Shown: in pieces, positions 18,576 through 27,641 of the stretch
Numbering within the stretch: the first letter of the stretch is position 1
Layout: each line of letters begins with the position of its first letter
Source of the DNA: an uncultured virus (IMG/VR IMGVR_UViG_2585427945_000001)
Lineage: Duplodnaviria; Heunggongvirae; Uroviricota; Caudoviricetes
Length of the DNA stretch: 64,000 nt
Direction: 5' to 3' (one strand)
Virus record (IMG/VR): IMGVR_UViG_2585427945_000001
Position numbers and translations under genes: made by a program
Notes under the pieces: model-generated
Databases searched by the model: none
The model's input: the letters and a program-made list of their open reading frames with translations, nothing else
Told to the model about the DNA's origin: nothing

Positions 18576-18619
18576 TGCCCCGGGCGAGACTCGCACTCGC
18601 CTGACTGCCTTTCCGGGGC
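18576..18619 (-). ncRNA. tRNA top-half mimic (acceptor stem plus T-arm)
   Basis: GCCCCGG-N12-GCGAG-UGCGAGU-CUCGC-CCGGGGC-A. Confidence 0.55.
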
Positions 18620-18626
18620 GGTGGTT

Positions 18627-19019
18627 CTACACGTCTCGCGGCTGACGAGCCTTCCGATTCGCCCTTACGGTGCGAGCGTGAGCGGCGTTACCTGCTCGGC
18701 ACTCGGTACATCGACAACCGTTCTCGTACCCCTGTCGTCCGTGGCTTCCAGGCTCGTGGTAACCGCGCTCGATGCAGCTTTTGCGACGATGACAGGGGAA
18801 GCACAGGACTTGGCACTTGGCTATCTCCGCCTCACGCCGCACCTGGCTCCACGACCAGATGGAGTGACTGACCTTCAGCGTCGGGTCGACATGGTCAAGC
18901 TCTAGACGGTCAGCACCCCCACATTCCTGGCAAGTCCTTCCCTCGAAGAACGTCGCACGGCGCTTGGCTGCCCACTCTCGTGCGTACCTCTTGCGTCGTT
19001 CCGGATCTGCGTACGGCAC
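18627..19019 (-). CDS. HNH endonuclease
   Basis: CQECG....LELDHVDP..K...EIAKCQVLCFPCH; GTG start with RBS. Confidence 0.88.
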   Translation of the reverse strand: MPYADPERRKRYAREWAAKRRATFFEGRTCQECGGADRLELDHVDPTLKVSHSIWSWSQVRREAEIAKCQVLCFPCHRRKSCIERGYHEPGSHGRQGYENGCRCTECRAGNAAHARTVRANRKARQPRDV

Positions 19020-19064
19020 CGCTCTCCTCCCGCCTGACTCTCCGTGAGTCCCTGGCGTGGCCAA

Positions 19065-19118
19065 ACTATGGCACACATCTGTCGCTCGACACAACTCCCA
19101 CGCAAGTCGACTTACGCG
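19065..19118 (-). promoter_or_regulatory. Promoter/operator cassette, copy 2
   Basis: Nearly identical to 17673-17726. Confidence 0.7.
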
Positions 19119-19158
19119 GAAGGGCCCGGAGCCGTAGCCCCGGGCCCTCGCTGTGCCG

Positions 19159-19461
19159 CTACTCGCCGGCCAGGAACTCGGCCATGGTGATGATGTCGGC
19201 GACGGTGTGCGGTGTGTCGGCCAGGAGCTCCTTGGCGCGGGCCACGAGGGATTCGCGGTCAGCATCCGACAGCGAGTTCAGCGGCTCCACCTTGTGGAAC
19301 CACGTGGCGGCACTGTCACCGTCCAGCATCACGCAGTACGGGAAGACGTCGTCCCCCGGGTCAAGTGCGGTGAGAGTACCCACCTGGCCGACGAACGGCC
19401 CCGGCCTGTGTTTGTACTCACGGATGATCCGGACTCGGTCGCCCACGTTGATGTTGTTCAC
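19159..19461 (-). CDS. Hypothetical protein (SH3/KOW-like)
   Basis: VGDRVRI motif; C-terminus similar to that of the upstream ORF. Confidence 0.75.
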   Translation of the reverse strand: MNNINVGDRVRIIREYKHRPGPFVGQVGTLTALDPGDDVFPYCVMLDGDSAATWFHKVEPLNSLSDADRESLVARAKELLADTPHTVADIITMAEFLAGE

Positions 19462-20255
19462 GCCTTCCCTCCCGTCAGGAACTCGGCCAGCTCGATCAGG
19501 TCGTTCGCGGTGTAGATGTGGCTGCCGCTCATGGCGTCCACGGCGGCCTCCAGGAGCCGTTCACGGGAGGGCTTGGTCGGCTCTTCGGGCGTGGCCAGCT
19601 CGTCCACGACCTTCTCCAGGCTTTCCGGATTTCCGAAGTGCCACTGCCCGATGTTCTCGACGGTGTTGACGATGATCGCGTCACCCGACACGCGGGCCAC
19701 CGTGAAGACGTCCCCGGCGCGCACGTCGGCGAACTCCGCCCTGTTGACGAGGACGCGCACCTTGTCGCCGGCCTTGATGCCCCGGACCGTCGACTCCTGT
19801 GTGGTGGCGTGCGAGTCGAGGAGGTCCCGCTCCCAGTCCGCGAGAGGGGCGGTGTCGATCGGGTCGACGACCTTGCGGACTGCCTTCGTCCACCAGCCGA
19901 AGGGGCTCTCGCCGTTGCCCATCTCCACGTGGTAGGGGTAGTCCGGGTCGTTCTCGTCGACCACCCGCAGATACCCGCGCCGGCCGACATACCCAAAGCT
20001 GGTGTCCTCCGTGATCTCCACGAAGTCACCGACCGAAGGTCGGGTGTTGGACGCCGCCGTCGCCACACCCCCGTCCACCTCGTCGGCCAGGGCCAGGATG
20101 CCGCGGGCGAAGGCGCGGGCGTCGGCGAGGGATGGGTAGACGCTCTGCGTGAAACTGTCGAGCGATCGGGCTACGAACTCGATCTCCTCGCCCTGTCGGC
20201 ACGCGGTGATCGTGTCCCCGACGCCGCTCGTGCACTGGATCTTGTGCTCGGTCAT
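19458..20255 (-). CDS. Hypothetical protein with SH3-like repeats
   Basis: VGDFVEI and KAGDKVRV repeats; AGAGGAGAG RBS. Confidence 0.75.
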   Translation of the reverse strand: MTEHKIQCTSGVGDTITACRQGEEIEFVARSLDSFTQSVYPSLADARAFARGILALADEVDGGVATAASNTRPSVGDFVEITEDTSFGYVGRRGYLRVVDENDPDYPYHVEMGNGESPFGWWTKAVRKVVDPIDTAPLADWERDLLDSHATTQESTVRGIKAGDKVRVLVNRAEFADVRAGDVFTVARVSGDAIIVNTVENIGQWHFGNPESLEKVVDELATPEEPTKPSRERLLEAAVDAMSGSHIYTANDLIELAEFLTGGKA

Positions 20256-20282
20256 GCTCTCTCCTCTGTTGCGTTCGGGACT

Positions 20283-20302
20283 CACGTAAGTCGACTTACG
20301 TG
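20283..20302. promoter_or_regulatory. Perfect 20-bp palindromic operator CACGTAAGTCGACTTACGTG (representative of about 11 sites)
   Basis: Related sites start at 17707, 19099, 21402, 25124, 27620, 34380, 37482, 41919, 55626 and 57180 (=991). Confidence 0.8.
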
Positions 20303-20304
20303 GG

Positions 20305-20448
20305 CTAGTCGTCGAAGGTGAAGCCGTCCATCAGGTCGCCGTCCGTGCGGGATTCAACGGCCAGGAGGACGTCACCGCCCCAGAGGGCGGCCTCCTCGGG
20401 GCGGACACCCTGGAGGTCGTAGTCGTCAAGGGATGGGATGCGGTTCAT
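20305..20448 (-). CDS. Small acidic hypothetical protein (47 aa)
   Basis: MNRIPSLDDYDLQG...FTFDD; below the ORF-track cutoff. Confidence 0.55.
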   Translation of the reverse strand: MNRIPSLDDYDLQGVRPEEAALWGGDVLLAVESRTDGDLMDGFTFDD

Positions 20449-20482
20449 GATGGGCTCTCTTTTCGCCAGTGACTTACGTGGT

Positions 20483-21265
20483 TTACGCGGCGACAGACAG
20501 GTTGTCCCGGCGGGCGACCCGCTGGGCTGCTGCGACGCCTCGGGTGCGGAGGGGCCGGACGACGGCTGGCTTCACCCCCAGGTCGTCCGCGGCCTGGGCG
20601 TCTGTCATGGCCTCCATGCCGATGCCGTAGAAGGCGCGCAGTGCGAACGCCTGGCGCTGCGGGATCTCGTCCAGGAGGTGGCGGACCAGGCGTCGGCGCT
20701 CCGTCACGTCGGTGAAGTCCGCGGAGCTGTTAGGGATGGTGTCAGCGAGCGTCTGCGCGCCTCCTTCGGCGTTGCGGCCGATGGGAGCGTCGAGGGGCAG
20801 CGCCTCCATGAGTGCTTCACACACGCCCACAAAGGCCTCACGTGACATCCGTCGACGGGGGTCGGCGTCGCTGGATACGATTGCCCAGGCCTCGTCGGCG
20901 TCCCCGTCGGCCCTGTACAGGGCACGCTTCACGGTGTACGCCGCCCAGCCTGACGCATCGACCGACAGTGTTGTCGTCGCCCGGAGCCGCTCGTCTGCGA
21001 CAGCCCGCCGAAGGGCCCGGTACGCGTACGAGTGGAGCTGCGCGCTGCTCGCGTCCGTGGAGTACTCGCGGACGTGCTGGACCAGCACAATGCGCGCCTC
21101 CTGGAGCATGTCCTCCGCCTCGTCCGCCGTGGCGGCGGGGGCAACGGACCGGATGATGCCTCGCACCATCGGCTCGTACGCGCTGACGATCTGCCACATG
21201 GCGTCTTCGTCGCCCGCCTGCGCCGCGCGGATCTTCTCGTCGGTGACGGAGGTCGGAGTGGCCAC
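20483..21265 (-). CDS. Phage sigma-70-family sigma factor
   Basis: Region 1.2/2-like AAQAGDEDAMWQIVSAYEPMV...EDMLQEA; region 4-like LLDEIPQRQAFALRAFYG...AADDLGV. Confidence 0.85.
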   Translation of the reverse strand: MATPTSVTDEKIRAAQAGDEDAMWQIVSAYEPMVRGIIRSVAPAATADEAEDMLQEARIVLVQHVREYSTDASSAQLHSYAYRALRRAVADERLRATTTLSVDASGWAAYTVKRALYRADGDADEAWAIVSSDADPRRRMSREAFVGVCEALMEALPLDAPIGRNAEGGAQTLADTIPNSSADFTDVTERRRLVRHLLDEIPQRQAFALRAFYGIGMEAMTDAQAADDLGVKPAVVRPLRTRGVAAAQRVARRDNLSVAA

Positions 21266-21294
21266 GGTGTGCTCCTCTGTGTTCGTGTGCATGA

Positions 21295-21326
21295 GTTATG
21301 GAGGGGTAACCCGCGAATGTTTCACG
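21295..21326 (-). promoter_or_regulatory. Phage-specific promoter motif upstream of the sigma gene
   Basis: CGTGAAACAT-N-CCCCTCCATAAC. Confidence 0.75.
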
Positions 21327-21414
21327 TGACTTCTGTGAGCCAGGCCACACAATGAGAAGGGGTGGCCCCGTCCGGCCCCCGCCTCCTCTACGGGCGGGGG
21401 CCACGTGTGTCGAC

Positions 21415-21639
21415 TTACGCGGGAAGATCCGTGATCGTGAGCCCGTAGCACTCGGCCACGTCGACGTCGGCCAGGGCTAGCGGGCAGGACTCCCAGCCGG
21501 CCGCGAGGTACAGCGTGGAGGAGTTGAGCAGGCGGTCCTCGTGGTGGTGCAGCAGCGGGAGCCCCAGGAGCCCGGACAGCTCCGCCAGGTCCCCGGCCTG
21601 CTCCGCGGTAGATCGCGGCCCCGTCAGTACGGCGTTCAT
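21415..21639 (-). CDS. Hypothetical protein
   Basis: ATGA overlap with the upstream ORF. Confidence 0.6.
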   Translation of the reverse strand: MNAVLTGPRSTAEQAGDLAELSGLLGLPLLHHHEDRLLNSSTLYLAAGWESCPLALADVDVAECYGLTITDLPA

Positions 21640-22004
21640 GACAGCCCCCCGGTGGTGTGGACCTCGTCCTCCCCCTCCCATCGGAGGAGTGCACGGTCCA
21701 TGGATGCGGTGACACCTCGCACGTACGCGATTGCGTAAGTGAGCTGCGAGGCGCCTGTGTTGAGTTCTGCTAGGAGTGCCGCGCGGGCACCGTCCAGGGC
21801 GATGTTCTCGGTTGGGCGGCCCGGGTCTGCGGTCATCCGCCGGCCTGTTCCGTCCGCGTCCACGTCGGGTCGTCGGCCCGGCATGGTCACTGCGTCGTCG
21901 TAGATGGCCACCATCTGACGAAGGCTGATCAAGTCACGCTCCAGCGTGTCCAGAAGGTCCGTCAGATGATGTCCGTCTGCGACGTGTTTTGGACTGTAGG
22001 TCAC
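21636..22004 (-). CDS. Hypothetical phage protein
   Basis: GGAGG RBS; GRPTENIALDGAR motif. Confidence 0.7.
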   Translation of the reverse strand: MTYSPKHVADGHHLTDLLDTLERDLISLRQMVAIYDDAVTMPGRRPDVDADGTGRRMTADPGRPTENIALDGARAALLAELNTGASQLTYAIAYVRGVTASMDRALLRWEGEDEVHTTGGLS

Positions 22005-22232
22005 GGGCCCTCCCCGGGCAATCGAGCTGCGGCTGAGATACGACGTGGGTTACCGGAGATATGAACCGGTTTGCCCCAACTCATCGGCACGCTGAGTAAG
22101 TCGTACTTATGTCGATCGACCCATCCGACCTGCGGCTATGTCGGGCGACATAAGTTACTGCAACGCTGGACTTTGTTACCGTCTCGTGACACATGTGTGG
22201 GCGGTGTGCGCATGCCGAACCGGGCGCGCGTG

Positions 22233-22646
22233 TCAGCGGGTGACAGGACGACCGCATTCCGTATCCAACTGACCAGCGAGAACGGTCAGCCAGTCGGACA
22301 TGTCCTTGTCGCTCTTCAGGCCGTTGCAACGGGCGCACGCCGGCGCCAAGTTGGCCCACTCGTGAACGCCTCCCTTCGCAAGCGGAGTGATGTGGTCCAC
22401 CTCCGCTACAACCAACGGGCCGAACTGGGCGTCACAGTAGGAGCAGGCCCACCATTCCAGCTCCTCCCACCGTCGCAGAACGTCACGGCGGGAGAGGCCC
22501 GGAGAGGGTTCCGTACCGCGCATAGGGGGCGCAATGGGACACTGGCGTCTCACGGGCCGGACGGTGGAAGGAAGGGTTTCCGCCACCGTCCGGTCAACTG
22601 CGGTCAGTCGTCGTTCAGTTGGTGCGGGGAGGCGACGGGGGGTCAC
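22233..22646 (-). CDS. HNH endonuclease
   Basis: CSYC...EVDHITPLAKGGVHEWANLAPACARCN; start uncertain. Confidence 0.85.
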   Translation of the reverse strand: MTPRRLPAPTERRLTAVDRTVAETLPSTVRPVRRQCPIAPPMRGTEPSPGLSRRDVLRRWEELEWWACSYCDAQFGPLVVAEVDHITPLAKGGVHEWANLAPACARCNGLKSDKDMSDWLTVLAGQLDTECGRPVTR

Positions 22647-24571
22647 TTGCGGGCCAGTTCTGCCGCCCGAGCCTCGTCGGGGTTGGCTGCGTACCAGGAG
22701 TCATTGGCGATCATGGTTGACGCCTTCTTCATGTAGAGCGATCCCCACGAGGCGCCACCGACGTCAGGATCGGTGCCGAGCGGGATACCGCGGAGGGACA
22801 TGGTCATCGCCTCCCCGATCTCCCGGGCGACCTCGCGGGCCTCGCTGTCGGGGGCGTCTGCCACGATCTCGTCATGGACCGGGAGCAGAACGTGCGGTGT
22901 GAGTCCACGGGCGTGGATCTCCAGCAGCCCCTGAGCGAAGATGTCCCGAGCCGTGCTCTGAATTTCTCCGTTGAACGAGGCGTACGCGGCGTCCCGGTCG
23001 AAGACGAGGCGCCGGCCCGACGGGGTTCGGAGTGTGTAGCCGTCCCGGATGACCTGCCCCTGAAGGGCACGGATGTACCGGGCCAGCCGCGGGTACGTCC
23101 GCTTGTAACCCTTCACGGCAGCCTGTGCGGCGGCCAGGGTGAGGCCGGTCTGAGCGGCGATCGTCTTCGCGCCTCCCCCGTACGCCACCCCGAGCTGCAC
23201 CACCTTGGCCACCTTCCGCTGCCCTGGCGTGAAGTCGGGACCGTAGACCGACGCCGCCGTCAGGTTGTGGAGGTCATCGCCCCGGAGGATGGCGGCCGTC
23301 ATCCGCTCGTCGCCGGACAGCGCCGCCATGACGCGCGGCTCCACCGACGAGTAGTCGACGGAGATCATGCGGTGTCCCGGGTCGGCGACGACGCAGTGGC
23401 GCACCTCCCATTTACCCGACGGGAGCTGCTGGAACGGCGGGTCGGAGATCGACATGCGCGCCGTGCGGGCAGCGAGTGCACCGATCTTCGGGTGCACCCT
23501 GTCGGCCTCGTCGGCCGTCCGGAGCATCGCCTCGGCGTAGGACGTGCGCCACTTCGACGCCCTCTTACTGCGGAGCACCGCCATGGCGAGCGGGTTGGGG
23601 GTCCTGCTCTCGATGGGCTCCCAGTCCTTGTCGACGTCGGCCAGGCGCTTCAACACCTTGCCGTCGACCTGAACCGCCCCGCCGGCAGTACGCTCCGGGA
23701 TGACCTCTCCCATGCCGAGCAGCGCTTCGGAAAGCTGCTTCGTGGAGTTGACGTTGGCGACGCCGTACCGCTTCGCCTCCTCCGCCCAGCGCGCTGACTC
23801 CTCCAGCAGCTCCGCGGAGAGCTGCGTGGTGTGCCCGCGGTTGATCCGCATCCCGCGGCGCTCGATCAGCGCACAGACATAGCCCACCTCGTGTTCAAAG
23901 GGTACGAGCGATGGGTTGATCCCCAGCTCCCTGACGCGGGCCTCCACCTTCGGAAGCAGGCGGGACGTCAGGATCACATCGCCGCCCGCGTAGCTCAGAT
24001 ATTTCGGGTTGTCGATGCTGATCGCAGCCCAGCCGGTGTCCTTCGTCTCTCCGATCGTGTGGAACACGTCGTACAGGCCTGCGGCAGTGTCCGGCGCCGA
24101 CGGATCGACGTAGTGGGCGGAGGCGTCCTTCAGGCCGTTGCCGACGCCGCCCTGATCGCGTCGACGAGGGTCGGCCAGGTGGCTGTAGATGTAGGTGTCG
24201 ACGGTCTTCGGGGCGAGCATCTCCAGCGACGCGCCGGGCAAGTGCCTGTCGGTCGCCAGCATGTCGAAGTTGCGGTTCTGCATGGAGAGGGCGGGGGCCG
24301 TTCGCAGGGCCCACGCTGCGAGCCGCTGAAGGTCACTCCCCTTTTCGACCTGGAGCACCCACGCTTGATCAGGAGTGCCGAACTGAGCGGTCCGGATGCG
24401 AAAGCCGCTCGTGAACGTGCCGAGCCCGGTCGTCTCCGTGTCGTATGCCAGGCGCTCCCCGCGGTTCGCCACGTCGATGATGCACCGCTGGAACTCCTGG
24501 AAGTCCTCCACGGTCTGGGGGACGCGGACGGGGATCTGCTGCCCGAGAACGGGGAAGCTGTGGTTGATCAC
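22643..24571 (-). CDS. DNA polymerase family A with 3'-5' exonuclease
   Basis: Exo I YDTETTG; TARMSISDPPFQQLP; motif A DYSSVEPR; motif B RKVAKVVQLGVAYG; motif C VHDE. Confidence 0.96.
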   Translation of the reverse strand: MINHSFPVLGQQIPVRVPQTVEDFQEFQRCIIDVANRGERLAYDTETTGLGTFTSGFRIRTAQFGTPDQAWVLQVEKGSDLQRLAAWALRTAPALSMQNRNFDMLATDRHLPGASLEMLAPKTVDTYIYSHLADPRRRDQGGVGNGLKDASAHYVDPSAPDTAAGLYDVFHTIGETKDTGWAAISIDNPKYLSYAGGDVILTSRLLPKVEARVRELGINPSLVPFEHEVGYVCALIERRGMRINRGHTTQLSAELLEESARWAEEAKRYGVANVNSTKQLSEALLGMGEVIPERTAGGAVQVDGKVLKRLADVDKDWEPIESRTPNPLAMAVLRSKRASKWRTSYAEAMLRTADEADRVHPKIGALAARTARMSISDPPFQQLPSGKWEVRHCVVADPGHRMISVDYSSVEPRVMAALSGDERMTAAILRGDDLHNLTAASVYGPDFTPGQRKVAKVVQLGVAYGGGAKTIAAQTGLTLAAAQAAVKGYKRTYPRLARYIRALQGQVIRDGYTLRTPSGRRLVFDRDAAYASFNGEIQSTARDIFAQGLLEIHARGLTPHVLLPVHDEIVADAPDSEAREVAREIGEAMTMSLRGIPLGTDPDVGGASWGSLYMKKASTMIANDSWYAANPDEARAAELARK

Positions 24572-25059
24572 TAGATGTGCCTCCACTTCGTGCGGGCCCG
24601 AATAGCTGACGTCTGCGAGTACGAGATTCCGAACAACTCTGACGCTTGGCGGATCGACATTCCGTCGGACATCGCCTGACGCATGTCAATTACGTCTTGA
24701 GCAGATAGCACCGCACGACCGTTGCGCTCCCCCACCGGGTCGGTACCGTGCTGTCGCCGGTGCGCGTGGTTCTCGGCACTGCTCGTCCATGCAAGATTCG
24801 ATAGGCAGTTGTTCCGGGGGTTACCGTCCAAGTGGGCTCCCTGGGCGCCGGCGCCCGGAGGCTCCCCGACGAACTCAGTTAGCACCAGTCGGTGAACTGA
24901 CCGAGCAACTCGCGTGCGATCCTTCATCAGCACGACTCGGGCGTACCCTCGCTTGTCCTGCCCGGGTCGCAATACGTGGCCACGAATTCCACGGATCCGG
25001 CCCTCATCGCTGACGCGGTATCCCGGGAATCCCGTAACATCCCGCCACTGCTCAGTCAC
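24571..25059 (-). CDS. NUMOD4-HNH homing endonuclease
   Basis: EQWRDVTGFPGYRVSDEGR; VHRLVL..F...HLDGNPRNN..SNLAW. Confidence 0.9.
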   Translation of the reverse strand: MTEQWRDVTGFPGYRVSDEGRIRGIRGHVLRPGQDKRGYARVVLMKDRTRVARSVHRLVLTEFVGEPPGAGAQGAHLDGNPRNNCLSNLAWTSSAENHAHRRQHGTDPVGERNGRAVLSAQDVIDMRQAMSDGMSIRQASELFGISYSQTSAIRARTKWRHI

Positions 25060-27545
25060 TGCGCACGCTCCCCGAAAATGTTGATCGCCCCGCTGTCAGG
25101 CTCTTCCGCTGCACCAGCGCCTTCCGCAAGTCGACTTGCGGTCTCCTTTTCGTCATCCGTCATGAGGCGAACCCCGTTAAAGCCCCAAGCGCCCCGCTTC
25201 TTGTCCTTCTTGAACCCGCGACTCTCAAGCTCGACAGCCAACGCCCAGCCGGAAAGGATCTCCTTCCGGTCAAGGCCCGCGTCCTCGGCCCACTCCTTGT
25301 AGGCCCTGCGGGCGGCCATAGGGGGCAGCCGCGTGCCTTCCTCCCGCACAGTGCACGCACTTAGCCACTCCTGGAGGCGGTCCTCCGACTCCCTATAGTC
25401 CTGAGTTGCGGTGGACACCGACGCTGGCTCGCCCAGCCCCTGCGCGTACCACTCCACGGCGCCGGCTACAGCCCAAGCCAAAATTCCCTCCGACTCCGCG
25501 CGAAGCTTGGCGGGCAGGGTCGTGTCCTTGTTGCCCTTCGCGTAGGAGAACGTGGCGTCGAACGGCACCAGCTTCACGCGCCTCCACACGCCCTCATCCT
25601 GGCTCAGGATCGCGGGCTTAAAATTTCCGGCAACCAGCAGCAGGAAATTCGGGGTGTAGGTGAACGGATTCTGATTCAGGAAGCGGCATGTGATCGGATC
25701 TCCGCCCGTGAGCTGCTTCACCAGAGCTTCCGCCAGGCGTGCATACTTGGTGGTTTCCGACGCCGTCACGATCCGTGCGCCTCGCAGGGACGCCAGTTCC
25801 GGAGACGCCTGACCCACGCTGACGGAGCCCTCGAAGGTCTGGAACTGTGTGCTCTGCGTGACGCCCTTGAACACGTGGATCAGGGCGTCCAGGAAAACGC
25901 TCTTCCCGTTACTTCCCTGGCCGTGCATGAACGCGAAGCAGTGCTCAGACGTCGACCCGGTGATGCCGTAGCCGACGAGCCGCCGCATGTAGCCGGGCAG
26001 GTCCGGGTGGCCTGGGAACACCTCCGTCAGGAACTGGTTCCACCTCTCCGCCGGGGCGTCGGGGTGATAGGCGACGGCGAGCCGCTTCGTGAGCATGTCC
26101 TCCGGGCGGTGCGGCTGGAGCTCCCCCGTCCGGAGGTTGACCGTCCCGTTCTCCACGGACAGCAGATCGTGGCGGGCGTCGAACTCCCCCGCGTCGACCG
26201 GCACACCGGGGACGCTCGGCAGCTCCTTCATGACGGCGTCGATGCTGCGGTTCGTCAGTGCCTTGAGCGCCAGGCGACGCTTCGAGTCGTCGCCCGACGC
26301 GATCAGTTCCGCCCCCAGAAGATGGAGACTCTCGCGCACCTTGTCGCCACCCGGCGCCCACACCTTGCCATCCCAACAGAGGAACCCAAGACCCTTGGCG
26401 TAGCGGACTCCCCCGCCGTTGCGGGTAATGAAGTCCCGCAGCATGACGGCAACGCCGACGTCGGTGTTGTCGAAGAGGGAGCGTGCGGACTCCGACATGG
26501 TGTCCAGGGCTGCGTCAGTGGCGGGCATGTCGGGCGCCTCCTTCGGCGGTTCGGGGGTCGGGGCCGGTGTCAGGCCGACAACGGGGGCGGAGCGGACAGC
26601 GGCGTGAAGTGCGGCGGGGAACGTCTCCGCGTCACGCTTCCTCCAGTCGGACAGGTCATCGCCTTCGTACGGGATCTCCAGGCGGCGCACCATGACGCCG
26701 GCGCGGACGAGAGCAGCAGCTAGGGAGTCGGTGAACCCGGCCCCCGCGCGGTCCCGGTCGCCGCAGATGACGACGTCCAGGTCCAGCAGCCCGGCCGCCA
26801 GTTCGGCGACGAGGGCGGCGTTCCGGGCGAGGCCGGCGCCGCGGACGGCCACGGCGTCGTAGCCGGCACCGACAGCTGTTAGCGCGTCCCCGGGACCTTC
26901 GGTGACGAGGACGGTGTCGAAGCCGGCGCCGGAACGGAGCATCCCCCACTTCGCCCACGTGCGGCCGTCAGGGTTCGTCAGGGACACCCAGCGGGCGGGG
27001 CACTTGCCGCCGATGTCGCGGCCTTGTAGCCCCCTGGCGACGCCGTCGAAGCCGTAGAGCGGGACTGTGATGCGCGGGTGACGTGTGAAGCCGCGGGAGA
27101 GCCACGCCTGCGGGCGGTCGCCCGGGGCCGCGTAGCCGACGCCCAAGTCTTCCGCCTGCTCCACCGTCAGCCCGAAGCGGTCGGCCAGGTACGCCGTCGC
27201 CTCCTCCGACCCTGGCAGGGCGGCCGACGTCTCGTCGACGAACATGCGCAGACCGGCGATCTCACCGGGGCCGACGGTCTCCGGGGGCTTGGCGGAGACG
27301 GTGCGGGCTCCCTGGCTGTCGACGTTGAAGAAGTCGGACGGATGCAGCCCCAGCTCCTTCATCTTGGCGCCCACGTCCGTCTGAGTGCAGCCGGCCCGGC
27401 AGACGTAGAGGAGCTGTCCGCTCTCCTTGAGCGTCAGCTTCAGACTGGGCGTGGTGCGGTCTCGGTGGGCGGGGCAGTACGCAAGATGACCATCGTGATC
27501 ACCGACGACCCCGCTCAGGCGCCCCAGAATTTCGGTCAGTCGCAC
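25056..27545 (-). CDS. Primase-helicase (Zn finger, TOPRIM and P4/D5 SF3 helicase)
   Basis: CPAH; VTEGPGDAL; D.DRAG; Walker A GQGSNGKS; VKQLTGGDPITCR. Confidence 0.95.
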   Translation of the reverse strand: MRLTEILGRLSGVVGDHDGHLAYCPAHRDRTTPSLKLTLKESGQLLYVCRAGCTQTDVGAKMKELGLHPSDFFNVDSQGARTVSAKPPETVGPGEIAGLRMFVDETSAALPGSEEATAYLADRFGLTVEQAEDLGVGYAAPGDRPQAWLSRGFTRHPRITVPLYGFDGVARGLQGRDIGGKCPARWVSLTNPDGRTWAKWGMLRSGAGFDTVLVTEGPGDALTAVGAGYDAVAVRGAGLARNAALVAELAAGLLDLDVVICGDRDRAGAGFTDSLAAALVRAGVMVRRLEIPYEGDDLSDWRKRDAETFPAALHAAVRSAPVVGLTPAPTPEPPKEAPDMPATDAALDTMSESARSLFDNTDVGVAVMLRDFITRNGGGVRYAKGLGFLCWDGKVWAPGGDKVRESLHLLGAELIASGDDSKRRLALKALTNRSIDAVMKELPSVPGVPVDAGEFDARHDLLSVENGTVNLRTGELQPHRPEDMLTKRLAVAYHPDAPAERWNQFLTEVFPGHPDLPGYMRRLVGYGITGSTSEHCFAFMHGQGSNGKSVFLDALIHVFKGVTQSTQFQTFEGSVSVGQASPELASLRGARIVTASETTKYARLAEALVKQLTGGDPITCRFLNQNPFTYTPNFLLLVAGNFKPAILSQDEGVWRRVKLVPFDATFSYAKGNKDTTLPAKLRAESEGILAWAVAGAVEWYAQGLGEPASVSTATQDYRESEDRLQEWLSACTVREEGTRLPPMAARRAYKEWAEDAGLDRKEILSGWALAVELESRGFKKDKKRGAWGFNGVRLMTDDEKETASRLAEGAGAAEEPDSGAINIFGERAQ

Positions 27546-27641
27546 GGCTCTCCTCTCGTCGTGGGCGGTCTCGCTACGCCCAAAGCCCCCTGCTCCGGAG
27601 AGGCAGGGGGCTGGGGTCTTGCGTGTGTCGACTCGCGTGGA

